Under the pieces are notes generated by a model, which saw only the letters and a program-made list of their open reading frames with translations, searched no databases and had not been told where the DNA came from. 64,000 nucleotides of DNA from Leidyana gryllorum EB-2025a. Its lineage: Eukaryota > Protista > Apicomplexa. Position 1 is the first letter of the stretch, and each line of letters starts with the position of its first letter. The stretch covers positions 310,001-374,000 of the forward strand of contig JBLWGC010000043.1 in the NCBI GenBank assembly GCA_048772705.1, given 5' to 3'. The position numbers and the translations under genes were made by a program. Positions 24,426-36,900 of this stretch are shown here, piece by piece.

Positions 24426-26318
24426 ATGGAGGCATTCTTGCACGAAGTCAACGGAAATATCGTCCGGGTGCAGAATGAGACCACTGGAGTTACTTGTTCT
24501 GAATGCCATAGCTCACGTCCAGCAGAGGCACTAGAGCTCGAGGGTCAATGGATCTGCTTTACCTGCGGACATACTAATCTACCCGACCTTTTCGCTGATC
24601 CGGGAAACTGGGTGGGAAGTGGAAGACTAAATCTGGCGCGGAATGTCTCAAGCCACGATTGGCACGGCCAATATGTCATGAGGGCTACTCGGAAGATCGG
24701 AAAGTTTGTCGAAAGCCTAATTTCTCGCCACCGCTTACCCATGAGCGCAGAACGAGTCTCCAACCTACTCTTGCAAGTCTTCGCGAGCCGTCGGTATGTA
24801 ACCTCACCGGCTCGTCTGCAGTACCTAACGCTTATATGCTGCTATATTGTATCGAACCAGGACGGCGAGCCCATCCACATTGAGGACTATGTCCGGTTGT
24901 CCGGAGTTCGGCCTTCGTTCTTCCGCCGCCACTTGAGACAAGCCATGGAGGCGCTGGGAATCAAGTCGCTGAGGCCCGCTGATCTCGAGGATATCATAAA
25001 AAACCTCATCAGACGCTACCTGACATGGATCATTGCGGGCTCTCCTGACAGGGACGGCGTCGGCTTAGGTGCACGCGTACCCACTCAGAAACTCAGAAGA
25101 GTATCCACCACTCCCAAACCCCGTAAGACCGCCAAGGAGTCCCCCAAGAATGATACCCCACGAGGGGAAGGTGCCCAGAAACATCCGTCTACCCCAGCGG
25201 CTGCTGAAGGAATACTGACTAAAGGGGAAACTAACAACAATAACGACAAGGATAACGATAAAGATAAGGATGAGGATGAGGATAACGGCAACGGCAACGA
25301 CAATGACACACTGTTGTCTCTCCTGATGGGAGGGAGCAAACCGGAGTCTGCAGAGGCTGCATCTCAGCATGTTGACTATATGGTGGAGGATTACGGAGCT
25401 TTACTGCTGTTCGCAATGTCCTCTGAAGAGGTGGAGGGAACACCCACCGCAACAGCTGTCAGCACCACCCAGGAGGGAGAGGACGAGAGCGATTTTCCGG
25501 ATCTGTTCGAACCAATAGAGGGAGATGAAGCTTATGATCTCCTGACGCCCTCTGTTAGCGAGTTTATGGGGCCCACTGATACCGCCGCTGAGCCGCCATC
25601 GTCCAGGAAACGAAAACGAAGTGTCCCGTCAAAGCAGATTTCTACTTGCGAGTCGTCCGATGTCGCAGTGGCACACGCCGAAGAAGAAGAAGGGGTGTCG
25701 CCCGTTTCTGCGGAGAAGCAGAACGAGCTGTTGGAGAAATTGTTCGAAAACATCGGAACAGACTTGTCGGATGAAGCTTCGCCAGATTTCGGCACTGCAC
25801 TTGATCTCGACCTTTTCCTCGCCGAAGGATCTGAGCAACAAAAGGTCAATCGAACCTATGAGGAATACCAGCCCATCACCGACCGAAAGCTGGCACCCTG
25901 GCCAATGGAAGCTCAAAAGTGGAAAACAAACCAGCTGCTGATGGACAGATGGGTTCAAGTGGCCCAAGGACTGCTCCGGTGTGGCAAAAAGGCTTTAGAG
26001 CCTTACTACGTCAACGGGTCCCAGTTGGAAGTCCAAGCGGGCTTGCGGTTAGGTTCATTCATTCACATCGCAGCCAAACTGGTGGGATTCAAATCAAAGT
26101 GTGCCGAAATGGCTCGCTTCCTGGAGGCAAGCCGCACCGTTTTCTGTCAAGTGTGGATGGGTGTTTTGGACTCATTACTGTCGAGGGCGACTTCTTTGGG
26201 ATTAGCAGGTCCCGATATCTGGCAGGCCACTCTCACAGACCGCAGGAACGTCAAAGGTGCAGTCAGTGTTGCTCTACGCTCATTCCTTCGTACCGAGGAG
26301 GGTATAAACTGGGTGTAA
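24426..26318 (+). CDS. Divergent TFIIB/Brf-family general transcription factor
   Basis: Zn ribbon CSEC..ICFTCG; cyclin fold 1 LTLICCYIVSNQDGEPIHIEDY..LGIKSLRPAD; cyclin fold 2 near the C-terminus (FIHIAAKLVGF..AEMARFL). A long acidic insert lies between the folds. Confidence 0.72.
   Translation: MEAFLHEVNGNIVRVQNETTGVTCSECHSSRPAEALELEGQWICFTCGHTNLPDLFADPGNWVGSGRLNLARNVSSHDWHGQYVMRATRKIGKFVESLISRHRLPMSAERVSNLLLQVFASRRYVTSPARLQYLTLICCYIVSNQDGEPIHIEDYVRLSGVRPSFFRRHLRQAMEALGIKSLRPADLEDIIKNLIRRYLTWIIAGSPDRDGVGLGARVPTQKLRRVSTTPKPRKTAKESPKNDTPRGEGAQKHPSTPAAAEGILTKGETNNNNDKDNDKDKDEDEDNGNGNDNDTLLSLLMGGSKPESAEAASQHVDYMVEDYGALLLFAMSSEEVEGTPTATAVSTTQEGEDESDFPDLFEPIEGDEAYDLLTPSVSEFMGPTDTAAEPPSSRKRKRSVPSKQISTCESSDVAVAHAEEEEGVSPVSAEKQNELLEKLFENIGTDLSDEASPDFGTALDLDLFLAEGSEQQKVNRTYEEYQPITDRKLAPWPMEAQKWKTNQLLMDRWVQVAQGLLRCGKKALEPYYVNGSQLEVQAGLRLGSFIHIAAKLVGFKSKCAEMARFLEASRTVFCQVWMGVLDSLLSRATSLGLAGPDIWQATLTDRRNVKGAVSVALRSFLRTEEGINWV
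25233..25307 (+). repeat. Coding low-complexity trinucleotide run (NNNNDKDNDKDKDEDEDNGNGNDND)
   Basis: AAC/GAT/GAC-rich run inside the Brf-like ORF. Confidence 0.8.
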
Positions 26319-26353
26319 CAGGTAGCTAGAATGACCCCTTTTCGTACATATCC

Positions 26354-28188
26354 ATGCTAAACATCTTTTCGCTGGGGAGGTCAAAGTCTACCCCACGACA
26401 AAGCTCAACAATTACAAGTACTGCCTTCGCTAACCGATGGTCGAAGAGAATATGTGAATTGGGATCCGTCGAGCAGGTTGCCGCCTTCCTGCATCTCCTA
26501 AAATCGATAAATCAACCCCCTCAACCCGATGAAGTACGCTCGCCTGCCGAAAGCAGTGTCCTGGAGGTGGAAAACTGGACCGTAACGGCTCTTCTGAGCC
26601 GACTGCTGCAGGAACTGGAGGAGAAAGGGGGCTGCACCTTGGAGGACCTCATCAAGCTCCCCTTCCCTGAAGCCACAGATGCTACGCCACTGTTGCGAAG
26701 GCCAGTACATGTCCCCTTCTGGAGTCTGTTCGGTGCGGCAGGCCTCCTTGATGGGCTCGTAGCACAAGTTATGACTTTGCCATTGGAGGACCGCAATGGG
26801 CAAATCGACCTCGAAGTCGCATTGGCAGAGGTTTTTCTAAATCTGCTCGCAGAGCCGTACAATACCATGGAGACCGGCAGAGAGATCGCCCGATGTATCT
26901 TGACTTGGAATAGCGATGGCACCGTAATGGAGGCCGACTATGTCCCTCTGTGCCTTCTCCTATTCGAACTTCTGCAAATCACCTCCAAGCCTTGGGCTGT
27001 AGATGCAGCTCGCCACCAAGCAAAGCAACTGCGACAAGAAGCCAGCAGCCTCCGCGAACGCCTTCAAAACACTGAGGTGACGGGAACCATTCACACCCCT
27101 CCAGTGGTGACTCCACGGGGCAGTGTGGCGCCCTCGAGCTCCGCCGAAAGCAGCGAAGATGGTGCTGCGTCGAGTGCATATCTACGCATGACCGAATCGC
27201 TCGATCAACAACGGTTACAGATTGATCTGCTTCAACAAATGGCCAATATACTCATCATAGCCGATCGGCTCGAGGCCTGGGCGGCGAAACGGGCTTCGGA
27301 AGATGTGGCTCTGCGAGCCGAGGTCTTCCCACATTGGGTGCAGAAAGTACAGAAAGGGTCGCATTCGTTTCAAAACCTCAAATATCCCAACAGCAAGGAG
27401 ATCGAAGAGGAATGCAAGTCCAACATGAAAACTCAGGAGTGCGCCATTTTGGAGTCTATGGGAGCGCTCAAAATACAGAAACAAGAGGTCACATTGCAGC
27501 GGGAAGCATTAACAAGAAGGGCACAGGAGCTGTCCCAGGAGCTGATGCAGGTCCACAGTAAGATAGTTGAGGTCACAGAGGAGGAAAGAAAGCTGGCCGA
27601 GAAGCTGTGCGTTGAAGTCAGCCGTCTGGATGACATCACTGCCCACGCTGATGACGAATTGAAGGGACGTCTGGCGGCGATCAAAGGTAAAGAGGCTGTT
27701 GCAGCCGATTTCTCCGAGTTAACGAAGCTGAGCACCAAGCTTGACGTCCCACAACCAGCTCCGTGCAGTCCGAGACCCAAATTGCCTCAGAATGCTTCTG
27801 AAAAGCCCGTACATCTCCGCCTTGACCGGGAAGTCTCGGAGACGATCAAACGAATCCTACAGGACGAGTTACCAGAACACTTTACCACCCAACACATGTT
27901 CATACAATATTGCTGTGACAAATTGAGTCATCGCAAAGGTTCGGTGAGTTAACAATGTCAAATCTACTAATCTGTCTGCAGTCAAGTGGACGCCAAAAGT
28001 CGACATTGTATCGGCCTGTGCTCTCCCAAACCTTGCTTGCAATTGATCGTTTGGCAAAACATGCGGAGATGGCATCGTTGCTGATATCTGATAACGAAGA
28101 CGAAGCGAAAGCTTTACGTCAAGTAGCCACTGGGGAGTATCAACGGTGCAAAGCACTAATAGCTGACAACTTGGCGATGATCTTTTGA
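26354..28188 (+). CDS. Hypothetical coiled-coil protein; intron ~27943-27981
   Basis: 532-aa ORF with long E/K/Q/L heptad regions, spliced in frame to the 27955-28188 ORF. Confidence 0.7.
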
Positions 28189-28274
28189 GTGCGTGTTATT
28201 TATCAACCTATCACACTGTGTTTGTATAACATTCACAGACATCTTTGAGTGTTCAGTACACGCGTCGTGAGCAG

Positions 28275-31200
28275 ATGAAGCTCCAAGTTGTCTTACTGAG
28301 CGTATTTACGCTGTCTCGAGCCGATGGTGAGTACCCGCAGGCCTGCACTTCACATTAAGCTGTTGCTCAGAACATGATTTTTTGAGGCGCTCTATAGCTC
28401 TGGAGAGAGCTCTCGATGCTTACAAAACGAGTCACTCACAGGAGCCAGTACTTGAAGGGCAGACGACCCACAATATAGTCGTTACAGACTTTGAAAATGA
28501 CATGCTGATACCTAGCTTCTTGAAAGGTCCCGCCGCTCATGTGGTTCACGATGAGCAGGGAATGCCAGTCTGGTGGCCATTCGACCGAGGAGTTTGGGAT
28601 ATATTCAGAGCACCCCTCAGTCGGGTGATGCCACGTGTCACCATCTCTTCCGAGTCCAGTGATCCGGTACTAGCGATTCCTGGTGTCACAGCTGTGAACT
28701 TACGCAATTCCCGCGAACTGCAACTGAAACCACCTGCGCTCCTGAAGCCGGTGCCCTTCCTTGGAGCAGCACTGAACCACTTGTCGCAAGAGTTCGGGCA
28801 CATTCCACTTCCGACGTTGGAGTACGTTCCCGGATCTGCCCCAAATCTCTTCAACAAGCCCTGGCTGGGTAGACTGAACCCAGCCTTGCGCTATGCGGGC
28901 AGCCGACCGAAACCGCAAGGGCCCTTCGAGCCTGCAAATGCACCGCCAGTAATCGCTCCGTTGGCAACCGGTCCATTGGTAAGACTAGCACGGACATAGT
29001 CGACATATCCTATATCTTCACTCCAGACTGCACCACGTCCTGTCCAGGAAGTCGTATCTGATGAAGACCGTTACGACTACACGGTCATGGGAGGTGATGG
29101 GGACGAGAACAAGGTGGAGCAAGACTTGGAAGAAGCTTTGAGGAAGTTTGTCATCCAATTGGCTTCGACTGAGCTTCAAAGCGAGCTTGAGAAATTGCCG
29201 ATCCCCGAAGTGGACCCCAGTTTGTACCGGGTTGATTTTTCTGAGACTTTGGCTGACACTGATCAGATACCGCCTGGTTCAAATGTGCTGGCAGACCTGT
29301 TGATTGCTTCTGCTCGGACGCCGTACGATGAGTTGCCCAGTCCGGGCGATCCAATTGACTGGGCCCTCTGGCTTGACATAATCACTCGAGCAGATATCTT
29401 GGCACAAGAGGACTTGCACAGGATTCACTTGATGGCAGAGAAAGAGCTTTTGACTATCGAAGAAGAGGATGCCATTCGAGATCTCCTTTTCCAAGCTATA
29501 GGAGCGCTCCAAATTCGGCAGCAAGTTCGGGAAGTCGCAGCTCAGATGGGTTTCGAGTTAGAAGAGGAGCCGATCTTTGCTCGTGATGCTCTGGTTTCTG
29601 GCGAAGTGTCTGATCGCCCATCGCGGGAGGTTGCGGAAGTGGATCATGATAAGAACGCCTTCACCGATGTGAAGAGGAAGAAGAAAGGAAGTCCCGTCAC
29701 CATCACGGATCCTCAGACTGTCTACGAGCTCACTAAAAACTCTCGCGGAGAAGATCCTGAACATCTGGAAGACTTCGCGGATAAATACCACCTCAATTAC
29801 GACAAGCTGAAAAATCAGCTCGCAGCTCCCAAGAATCAGAGATACTCCGTCCAATCACTCCCGCCATCCATGCCCAATGCGGCTGATCTTAGCAGAGCTG
29901 TATCGAGTAGACATGCCGCAAATGGGGGTCCGGAGTCGAACTTAGGGTCTACTGGTGCGCTCCCAGATGTGTCAAATGTGAGTTTGGGAAGCCTGAACGA
30001 TTCTGCAAATGTGGCACCCAAAATCCCGTCTGCGATCGAAGCCGGAGGAAATCTACCTTCCTCTGCGGGTGCAGCCGAACAGGCTGTCGCTGGCTTAGCA
30101 CCAGCCGAAGTGAACGAGCGGAAGACAGTAGCGGAGCTCGCCCCCGCGGCCGTTGACGGAGGGAAGGCAGTGGCAGAGCTCGCGCCCGGAACGCTTGACG
30201 GAGGAAAGGCTGTGGCAGAGCTTGCGCCGGCGGAAGTTGACGGAGGCAAGGCTGTGGCGGAGCTCACCCCCACGGAGGCTGAAGGAGGGAAGGCAGCAGC
30301 GGAGCTCGCGCCAGGTGTCACAGAAGTCGGCAAGGCTGCTGCTGATCTCACTCCTGCGACGACTGAAGCCTTGGAATCAGCACCGGAAGCTCCCGCCGCT
30401 AATTCTGGGGCACAAAAGGCGGAATCAGACGGGGCTCCGGCCGCTGTTGGCATAGGCAAGGCAGCTTCCGACCTCGCACCTTCAACACTTACGGAGGACG
30501 GACAGAGTACGCCCCACGCAAGCGGCTCGGAGGAGAAAGCGGGAGAATCTGTCGCAGCTGCTGACGCACCGTTGGCGGACACTGCTTCCGAGGGCAAAGT
30601 GGGTACCGCCAAAGACTCAGAAAGCGCCGCCGAACCTTCCTCCAACCACAATGAAGAGGGTAGCCCAGCATCTGAAGCTGCTGCGCCTGTGAGTGGCCCC
30701 GCTGAGACCAGCACAACTACGGCAGCACCTCCTGGAATCGGTGGAGTGATTGGGAAAGTTGGATCGGTCTTGGATCCCTCGAAACTCGATAGCAGCCTCA
30801 AGAAGCTCACCCTCAGTGATACATTCTTCGACGTCCCGTCGGAGAATGGACGTCCACTCACCATAATGTACTTGGACGATGACGATTCGTCCAATACAGA
30901 GGCTGCTACGGATCCAGCTGTTGCGGCTGTTTCTTCCGCCGAATCCACCATACTGTCCACAAAGGACGCCGTAAAAGCTGGAGTTCCTGATGGAGTCTCA
31001 CTCGCAGAGGTTGTGCAGCAGCCATCTGACACAATGCGGATGATGGACGTTAACGAAGAAGAGTTTGAGGAAGCTGTGATTCCCGAGGAACCCATTCTTG
31101 CCAACAGTGTTTGGGTTCAAAAAGGTTTACAGAGTCCAGTGAACGCGAAAACTTCGCTTGTTGATGGAGTCTCCGAGGCAATCGACCGGGCTGCGGTCGC

Positions 31201-31699
31201 CATCGCTTCCTTGGAAGTGAAATCGGCGGAGAAAGTGCCTGTGAGTATCCGGCCCCTCGAAGAGGCGGAAGAGCTTCCACGGCAATCGGCTCAAGTCGTG
31301 AGCGGGCCATCCACCACGTTTATTGAGGATCTACTGTGGGAGCCGGAGACAGTTGTGGAAGGGGTGAAAGGTGTCACATTCGAGGATGATCTAAATGTTT
31401 TGCTAAGTTCTCGTTACCGAGATTATATCGCTGAAGGGTTGAACCCCAATGTGACTCTGACTGAGGCACAACGCCGCGTTATCAGTCAACTGGCTGATCA
31501 AGTGCGGGCAAACCGAAGTCAAAAACGTCCGACCACTGAAGACTGGGATATTCTTTTAGCCGCCCTGTTGGAGCAGGGTACGGTGGATGAGACCGACATA
31601 GTTTCGTTGAAAATGGTCGGAGGTCGCAAGTTGTTTGATTATTTGGTGATGACTGACTTGGCGGAAGGGCTCTTGAGCGCTGCCCTAAGTCTATCTTAA
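28275..31699 (+). CDS. Secreted protein A of a novel tandem family (signal exon; introns 28327-28370 and 28979-29026)
   Basis: MKLQVVLLSVFTLSRA signal peptide; shared domain IPGV..PNLFNKPWLGRLNPALRY; acidic and Ala-rich repeat region. Splices join in frame to the 870-aa ORF. Confidence 0.82.
30083..30360 (+). repeat. Coding 42-bp / 14-aa tandem repeat AVAELAPAEVDGGK, about 6-7 copies
   Basis: Visible in translation and DNA (GCGGAGCTCGC.CC..GACGGAGG.AAGGC). Confidence 0.9.
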
Positions 31700-31773
31700 T
31701 AACACAGCGTAGTGTTTGTATACTATATTTCCTATGCTTGCAAGCCTGAGAAGGCAGACATCGATTTCTGTAA

Positions 31774-33631
31774 ATGCGGAGTGTGTTGATCGGCTTTTTG
31801 TTAGGGAGCGGCAGGTAAGTGAGCTCACGCCCGTACGCAACAATATTGGATCAGTGGATACGAGGATGAGATATTGACGAACATCTCGGCCAATGCTGAC
31901 ACGCCTCTCGAGCGGCCCACTCAGGTGGAAGTTGGATTGAATGAGCGGATGGCTGTGGTCAATGACGCGGAAACCAACGCCGAGATCCAAGATGCAGAAA
32001 TTATGGAGGGGATGGCCCATATATATGCAGACGACGAAGCCCCGTATCACTATTATGTCAGTGTTGCCGATCCCAAATGGTCACTGCTCCCTGCTCCTTT
32101 GCTGGCAGGAGATTTGACCTGGTTGGACAAACCGTGGTTGGGAGGCCTGAACCCCCGCGTCTTCGTTGATCGTGCCCGGAGTCGCGTTCAGGCCATGTCC
32201 GGGCCAAACGGGGACTTGGTGACGATTCCCGGGGTCGCTCGGTTCACCCGAGTTCCACTTCGGGAAGACTTTGATCTGCCCAGCCCGGTTCTGGGCGTGC
32301 CATGGAGCCGCGATGAGTATCATAATCCGACGATGCCCACTGTCACTCTGCGAGCTCCCAGTTTCATTCATCCCATTCCTGATCACCCACCGGCTTTACT
32401 GAATCTCCCCCACCGCGGAGGTTTGAATCCAGCGCTCGCATATCGCCCCAAAACGGGTGAAGACGGGGTCCACGAGCAAGCTGAGGTGCCCAACCCAGCG
32501 CCCTTGTCAGAACCCAACCCCCCCTCTCTCGCAGCTGCCACCAGCGAGGACGCTGATCGCGAACATCAACAAGTTGGTGTCTCCAGTGTACCGGATACCG
32601 CTGAGCGCGCGAATGTGGGAGCTCCCATGGAGATCCCGGACGGAACAACGGCAATCAACGAGGGGAGCCGGGCAGAGGATAGCCCCGCCGAAGAGGACAG
32701 CCAGGAGGCCTCCAGTGCCTCTGTCTCCCCCTGGGCGCCGCAGACTTCCGACGAAGGATACGGCAAGAGTGCCCCGAGTCTACTCGAGTCGGATGATGAA
32801 GGAGACTCTGGCAGCCACAAGGCATCCATCAGCGAGTATGGGATGATGCCCGAGAGTCCCCCTCTGCCTCTCGGTGACGATGATGATGATGAGGCTGCCA
32901 AGGCTACTCGTGAGACCCATAACTCGCCTGCACCCGCTTTGCTCGGTCCAGATTTGGCGCTAATCGGGAGAAGGCTGAGTCATCGTCTCCCCATCTATCG
33001 CAGTCCTGTCGATGGGGACGTCCAGCTGGCTCGGCTAATTTTGGATGCAGAAGTTCAGGCGGGCAATACTTATTATCCAGTCCAGGGAGTCTCACTGATT
33101 CCGGCTACACTACGTGTGATCCGAGAGGCGCCCACCAGGCAACTGGGTGGTCTACGGTGGGGTGACTACTTGGAAAATTCACCAACAACTCGATGGGGAA
33201 AGTCGCTGGATTTCCAACGCGGTGAGATGCACACCCCCGCTCCTGAGCTTATGGGACGATTCCGGTGGTTAAGTAACGAGAGATCAGCTGACAGTGGTGT
33301 GGAAGAGTTGGAGCTGACTGATCTGCCCGTTGCGGTACTCGACAGGGGCGCGCAGGATCTAATCTGGGACGAGAGGCCCTCGGAAACTTCACCTTTCAAG
33401 GAGGAGGAGGACCCGGAGGCAGGAGTCACTCGCCAGAGCACCAAGTCACCATTCTTCGTGCATCGGCCATTAGCCCCGGGACAACGACGTCCCACCGATT
33501 CAAAGAGAGCTCCCCTAAAACGTGGAGATTTCGAACGTCAAAAGACGGAGCGGGCCGGCTCTCCGTTTGTTCCCGACTACGCTACACCGATACGCCTTGA
33601 CCCGGCAGGGGCTTTCCGTCCTGTGAAATGA
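31774..33631 (+). CDS. Secreted protein B of the novel tandem family (intron 31815-31854)
   Basis: MRSVLIGFLLGSGSG signal-like exon spliced in frame; domain WLDKPWLGGLNP..TIPGV..LLNLPHRGGLNPALAYRP. Confidence 0.82.
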
Positions 33632-33910
33632 GCTTTCGAATATACGAAGGATCTTTCTTTTTGTGCCATTACACTATCCAACTGTAAGCATACTTTATGC
33701 TGAAGCTTTAATGTTGTCATCGACGAGGAGGGGCAGCAGATTGGTTGCAGGAATTGAGGTTAGATCACCTCAACGGAGCTTTTCCTGCGCCTGACTCCTG
33801 ACTAGAGTAACTGATGGGGTGTGTGAAGGTGGACACGGTGTCTGAAGATCAAGGAAAAAGCCCCAAGAAGCAAACAATAAGCCGTGGGGATATTCACTGG
33901 GCCAAAGTAA

Positions 33911-36900
33911 ATGCGAAAGTTTACCTTCATCGCAGCTCTGGCCACCTTTGGCGGTGCCGAGCCTCAATCAAAGCGAGATGCGAATTTGCGTCCGTCACCC
34001 GTTCGCCAATTGACTGGAAATGAGGTCGAAGCCCAGAATCTCCTAACCAGGTGGAGGAGCGCGGTGAACACAGCCGTTGCAGCCAGGGCCACTCCCCCAC
34101 CTGAATCGCAAGTTGACCAACCTGATCCTCTGGAATTAGACACCCTCGATTTACCCACATCCTCCTTTGCGGCGTTGCCAGGTGCAGAGACCACAACAGT
34201 TCAAGGACAGACCACCGAGCATCGAAATCTCCAAACAGAGGCAGAAACGACAACTACCCCTCCCCCGGCTCCCGGAGCTCTTTCTCCCAAGAACGATGCT
34301 GCCGGGGCAGAGAAGCCTCAAACAAAGGACCAGGCAGCCGACGCCAAATCTGGCCAAGCTTCAGATGCGAAAGCTCCGGTAGCCAAAGCTCCAGTAGCGG
34401 AAGACAAGAAGGTCCCAAGTGCCTCCAGTCCCGCGTCTGGCGATGATGCTGCGGCGGCCAAAACCCCCGCTCAAGAGGAGGAAGCAGGAGTGAAGGACGG
34501 CAAGGCCCCGGCAGAGGAGGAGGAAGAAGGAGTGAAGGACAGTAAGGCCCCGGCAGAGGAGGAAGAAGAGGGCTACGGCGGCAAGGCCCCCGCTCAGGAA
34601 GAGGAGGAAGGACTGAAGGACGGCAAGGCCCCCGCCCAGGAGGAGGAGGAGGAGGGGTTAGGGGAGCAGTCGAAGGATGGTCAAGAGCTCGGTACACCGT
34701 CGACCTCCCTCCACCAACAGGGTCCCTACGACACTCCGTTGGGTGCATGGAGCTCAGACATTGGAATGAACACTCCTCTTACACAAATGTCGAGTATGAG
34801 TACCGATAGGGGACGACAGGAGCTGATGAGCCGTCTGAACCAGGCGAATCGCGGAGTATCCAATCAAGCGGTTCCGCCCCCACCTGTTACGCCCTGGAGT
34901 AACCCCAAACCGCCCGGGCAATGGTCGAGCGCCGGTCAATTGACTCGTACTCCTCTAACACAGTGGCTGGAGTCGCCCATCAACATTTGGAATCGGATTC
35001 CGTTGCCCGAAGTCTACGTCCAGGGCGGTGCGGCCAACAAACACTGTGGTCAAACCACTGCCACTAAGAGTTGGCTAAGCCGGCCCCAGTTGGGAATGTT
35101 CGATCCCGAGAAGTGGGTCCCGGACTGCCTCACTAAGATCTCTCCTTTCAATCCCTGGCCGTATCTCGATGCCACCATCGATGTACCAGGTGTGGGTCGA
35201 ATCAATCTGAAACCCAATCGTCAGCAAATCTCTGCTCGACTTCCCACCAATCTGGAACAAGCGTTCCCAGGACTCTCAGCCGTTGTTCCGCAAGAAATTA
35301 CTTTACACTATCCGGAATGGCTGCAACCCCTCCCCGGTCCCCCGCCTCCCATATTTGACCTCCCCCACAGAGGTGCATTCAATCCCGGTCTCGCCTACCG
35401 TCCGTCGTCCGCTAACCCCGCCTGGGCCCGAGGCGTCCAGGCCCCCTACGGCACTCAGGAGCACACAGCACAGGACAGTGAGGCCAGCAGAGAAGAAATG
35501 GCTATGCTCTACACGATGGGAGAGTTGGCCAAAAGAGTGCTCGCGTGCTACGAAACGCGCAGCAATTGCCGACCGGACACCGCCAGACGTCTGGCTGAGG
35601 TGTTGGCACGCAGCGGACGAGGAGGAAGCGCCACCCAGCTGTCTGGGTTCGATCTCGCCAGACTGGTCCTTGAAGGTCTCGAGATTATGCAGCAAGACCC
35701 CGATGCCTTCTCCGAAACCGACGTTGAACTCCCCAAGAGGGAGTATGCCGGCACCGTGGCCAAAGGTATCATAAAGTGCTTTGAAGGCAGAGGGTGTAAT
35801 CCCGGTCTGACCAGCTTCCTGGGAGGTCCCGGAAAGTGGGAGGATTTGACCGACGGTCAGCAGCAGGACATTCTGGAAAGGATCCAACAGACAGAAGACC
35901 CAGGATTGTTGGAAGAATTCCACCAGGTCGGCGCAAGTGGAGACGACTCGGTAACCGGCGCTCAGGAGAGCCAGCAGACACCTGCTGATCATCGCGAGGC
36001 GCAGAACGATCACGACAGCCCAAATCCGCCCCATGCGGCCGCGGGAGAGAGCGCACAAGAAAAAGGCGACAAGTCAGCACCCGCCGAGCAACATGAAGCC
36101 ACAGCCTCCCACGGTGATGCCTCGGCGGGCCCAGCTGTCGCCGAGAAGACTCCCGCGATCGACACTCCGGCCAGTGCCACAACCACAGCCAAGCCGGCAG
36201 GGGCTGGCGCCGCCGCTAAAGCCCCCGCACAGCCGGCCGAGACAGATCCCGTGTCAACGCCTCACACAGCCCAGGAAGCCACCACTACGCCTGAACCTGT
36301 GGAAACTACACCAGCCGGCGAAGGGGACAATCGGAACAACGAGGACACAACTAAAGCTCCGATGCCGGAAGCAGCTCGGATGCCGGCGGCCGCGACCACA
36401 ACTGCGGCTCCCAAAACTGCCGCTACCACAACTACGGCAGCACCGGCGGCAGCGGCACTGGCAGGGGCAGATGACATGGGTGACGAGGAACAATCTTTTA
36501 GCGGTGACTTTGGAGAACTGCAACGACGTCGATTACTGGCTGAGGACGCCGCGAGCGGTGAGGAGCAGCAGTTGGTGGCAGACGCACTGCCCGAAGTCGA
36601 TGTCAGTGCTCCTGCTGCGCCCGTTACCCTCGCTCGGCCTCTACAGGGCCTCCTGGGACGGTCATTCTTGGGGAGCTTCTTGAACAACAGGGGCCGGGGG
36701 TGGCAACAGCCCCTCCCTCCTCCAGAGTATACAGCTGACAAAGAGCTCGAAGGGATGGTATCGAGCCGAAACCCATTGGGAGTCATCGGACAGAAACCGT
36801 TCTTAGAGTCGAAACCGGCGGCAATCTTCACCTCTATGCCCAGTAGCGACATTGCAGCCGACTTGTTGGCATTCCAAAGCGATTTGGAGGGCCAAGAAGA

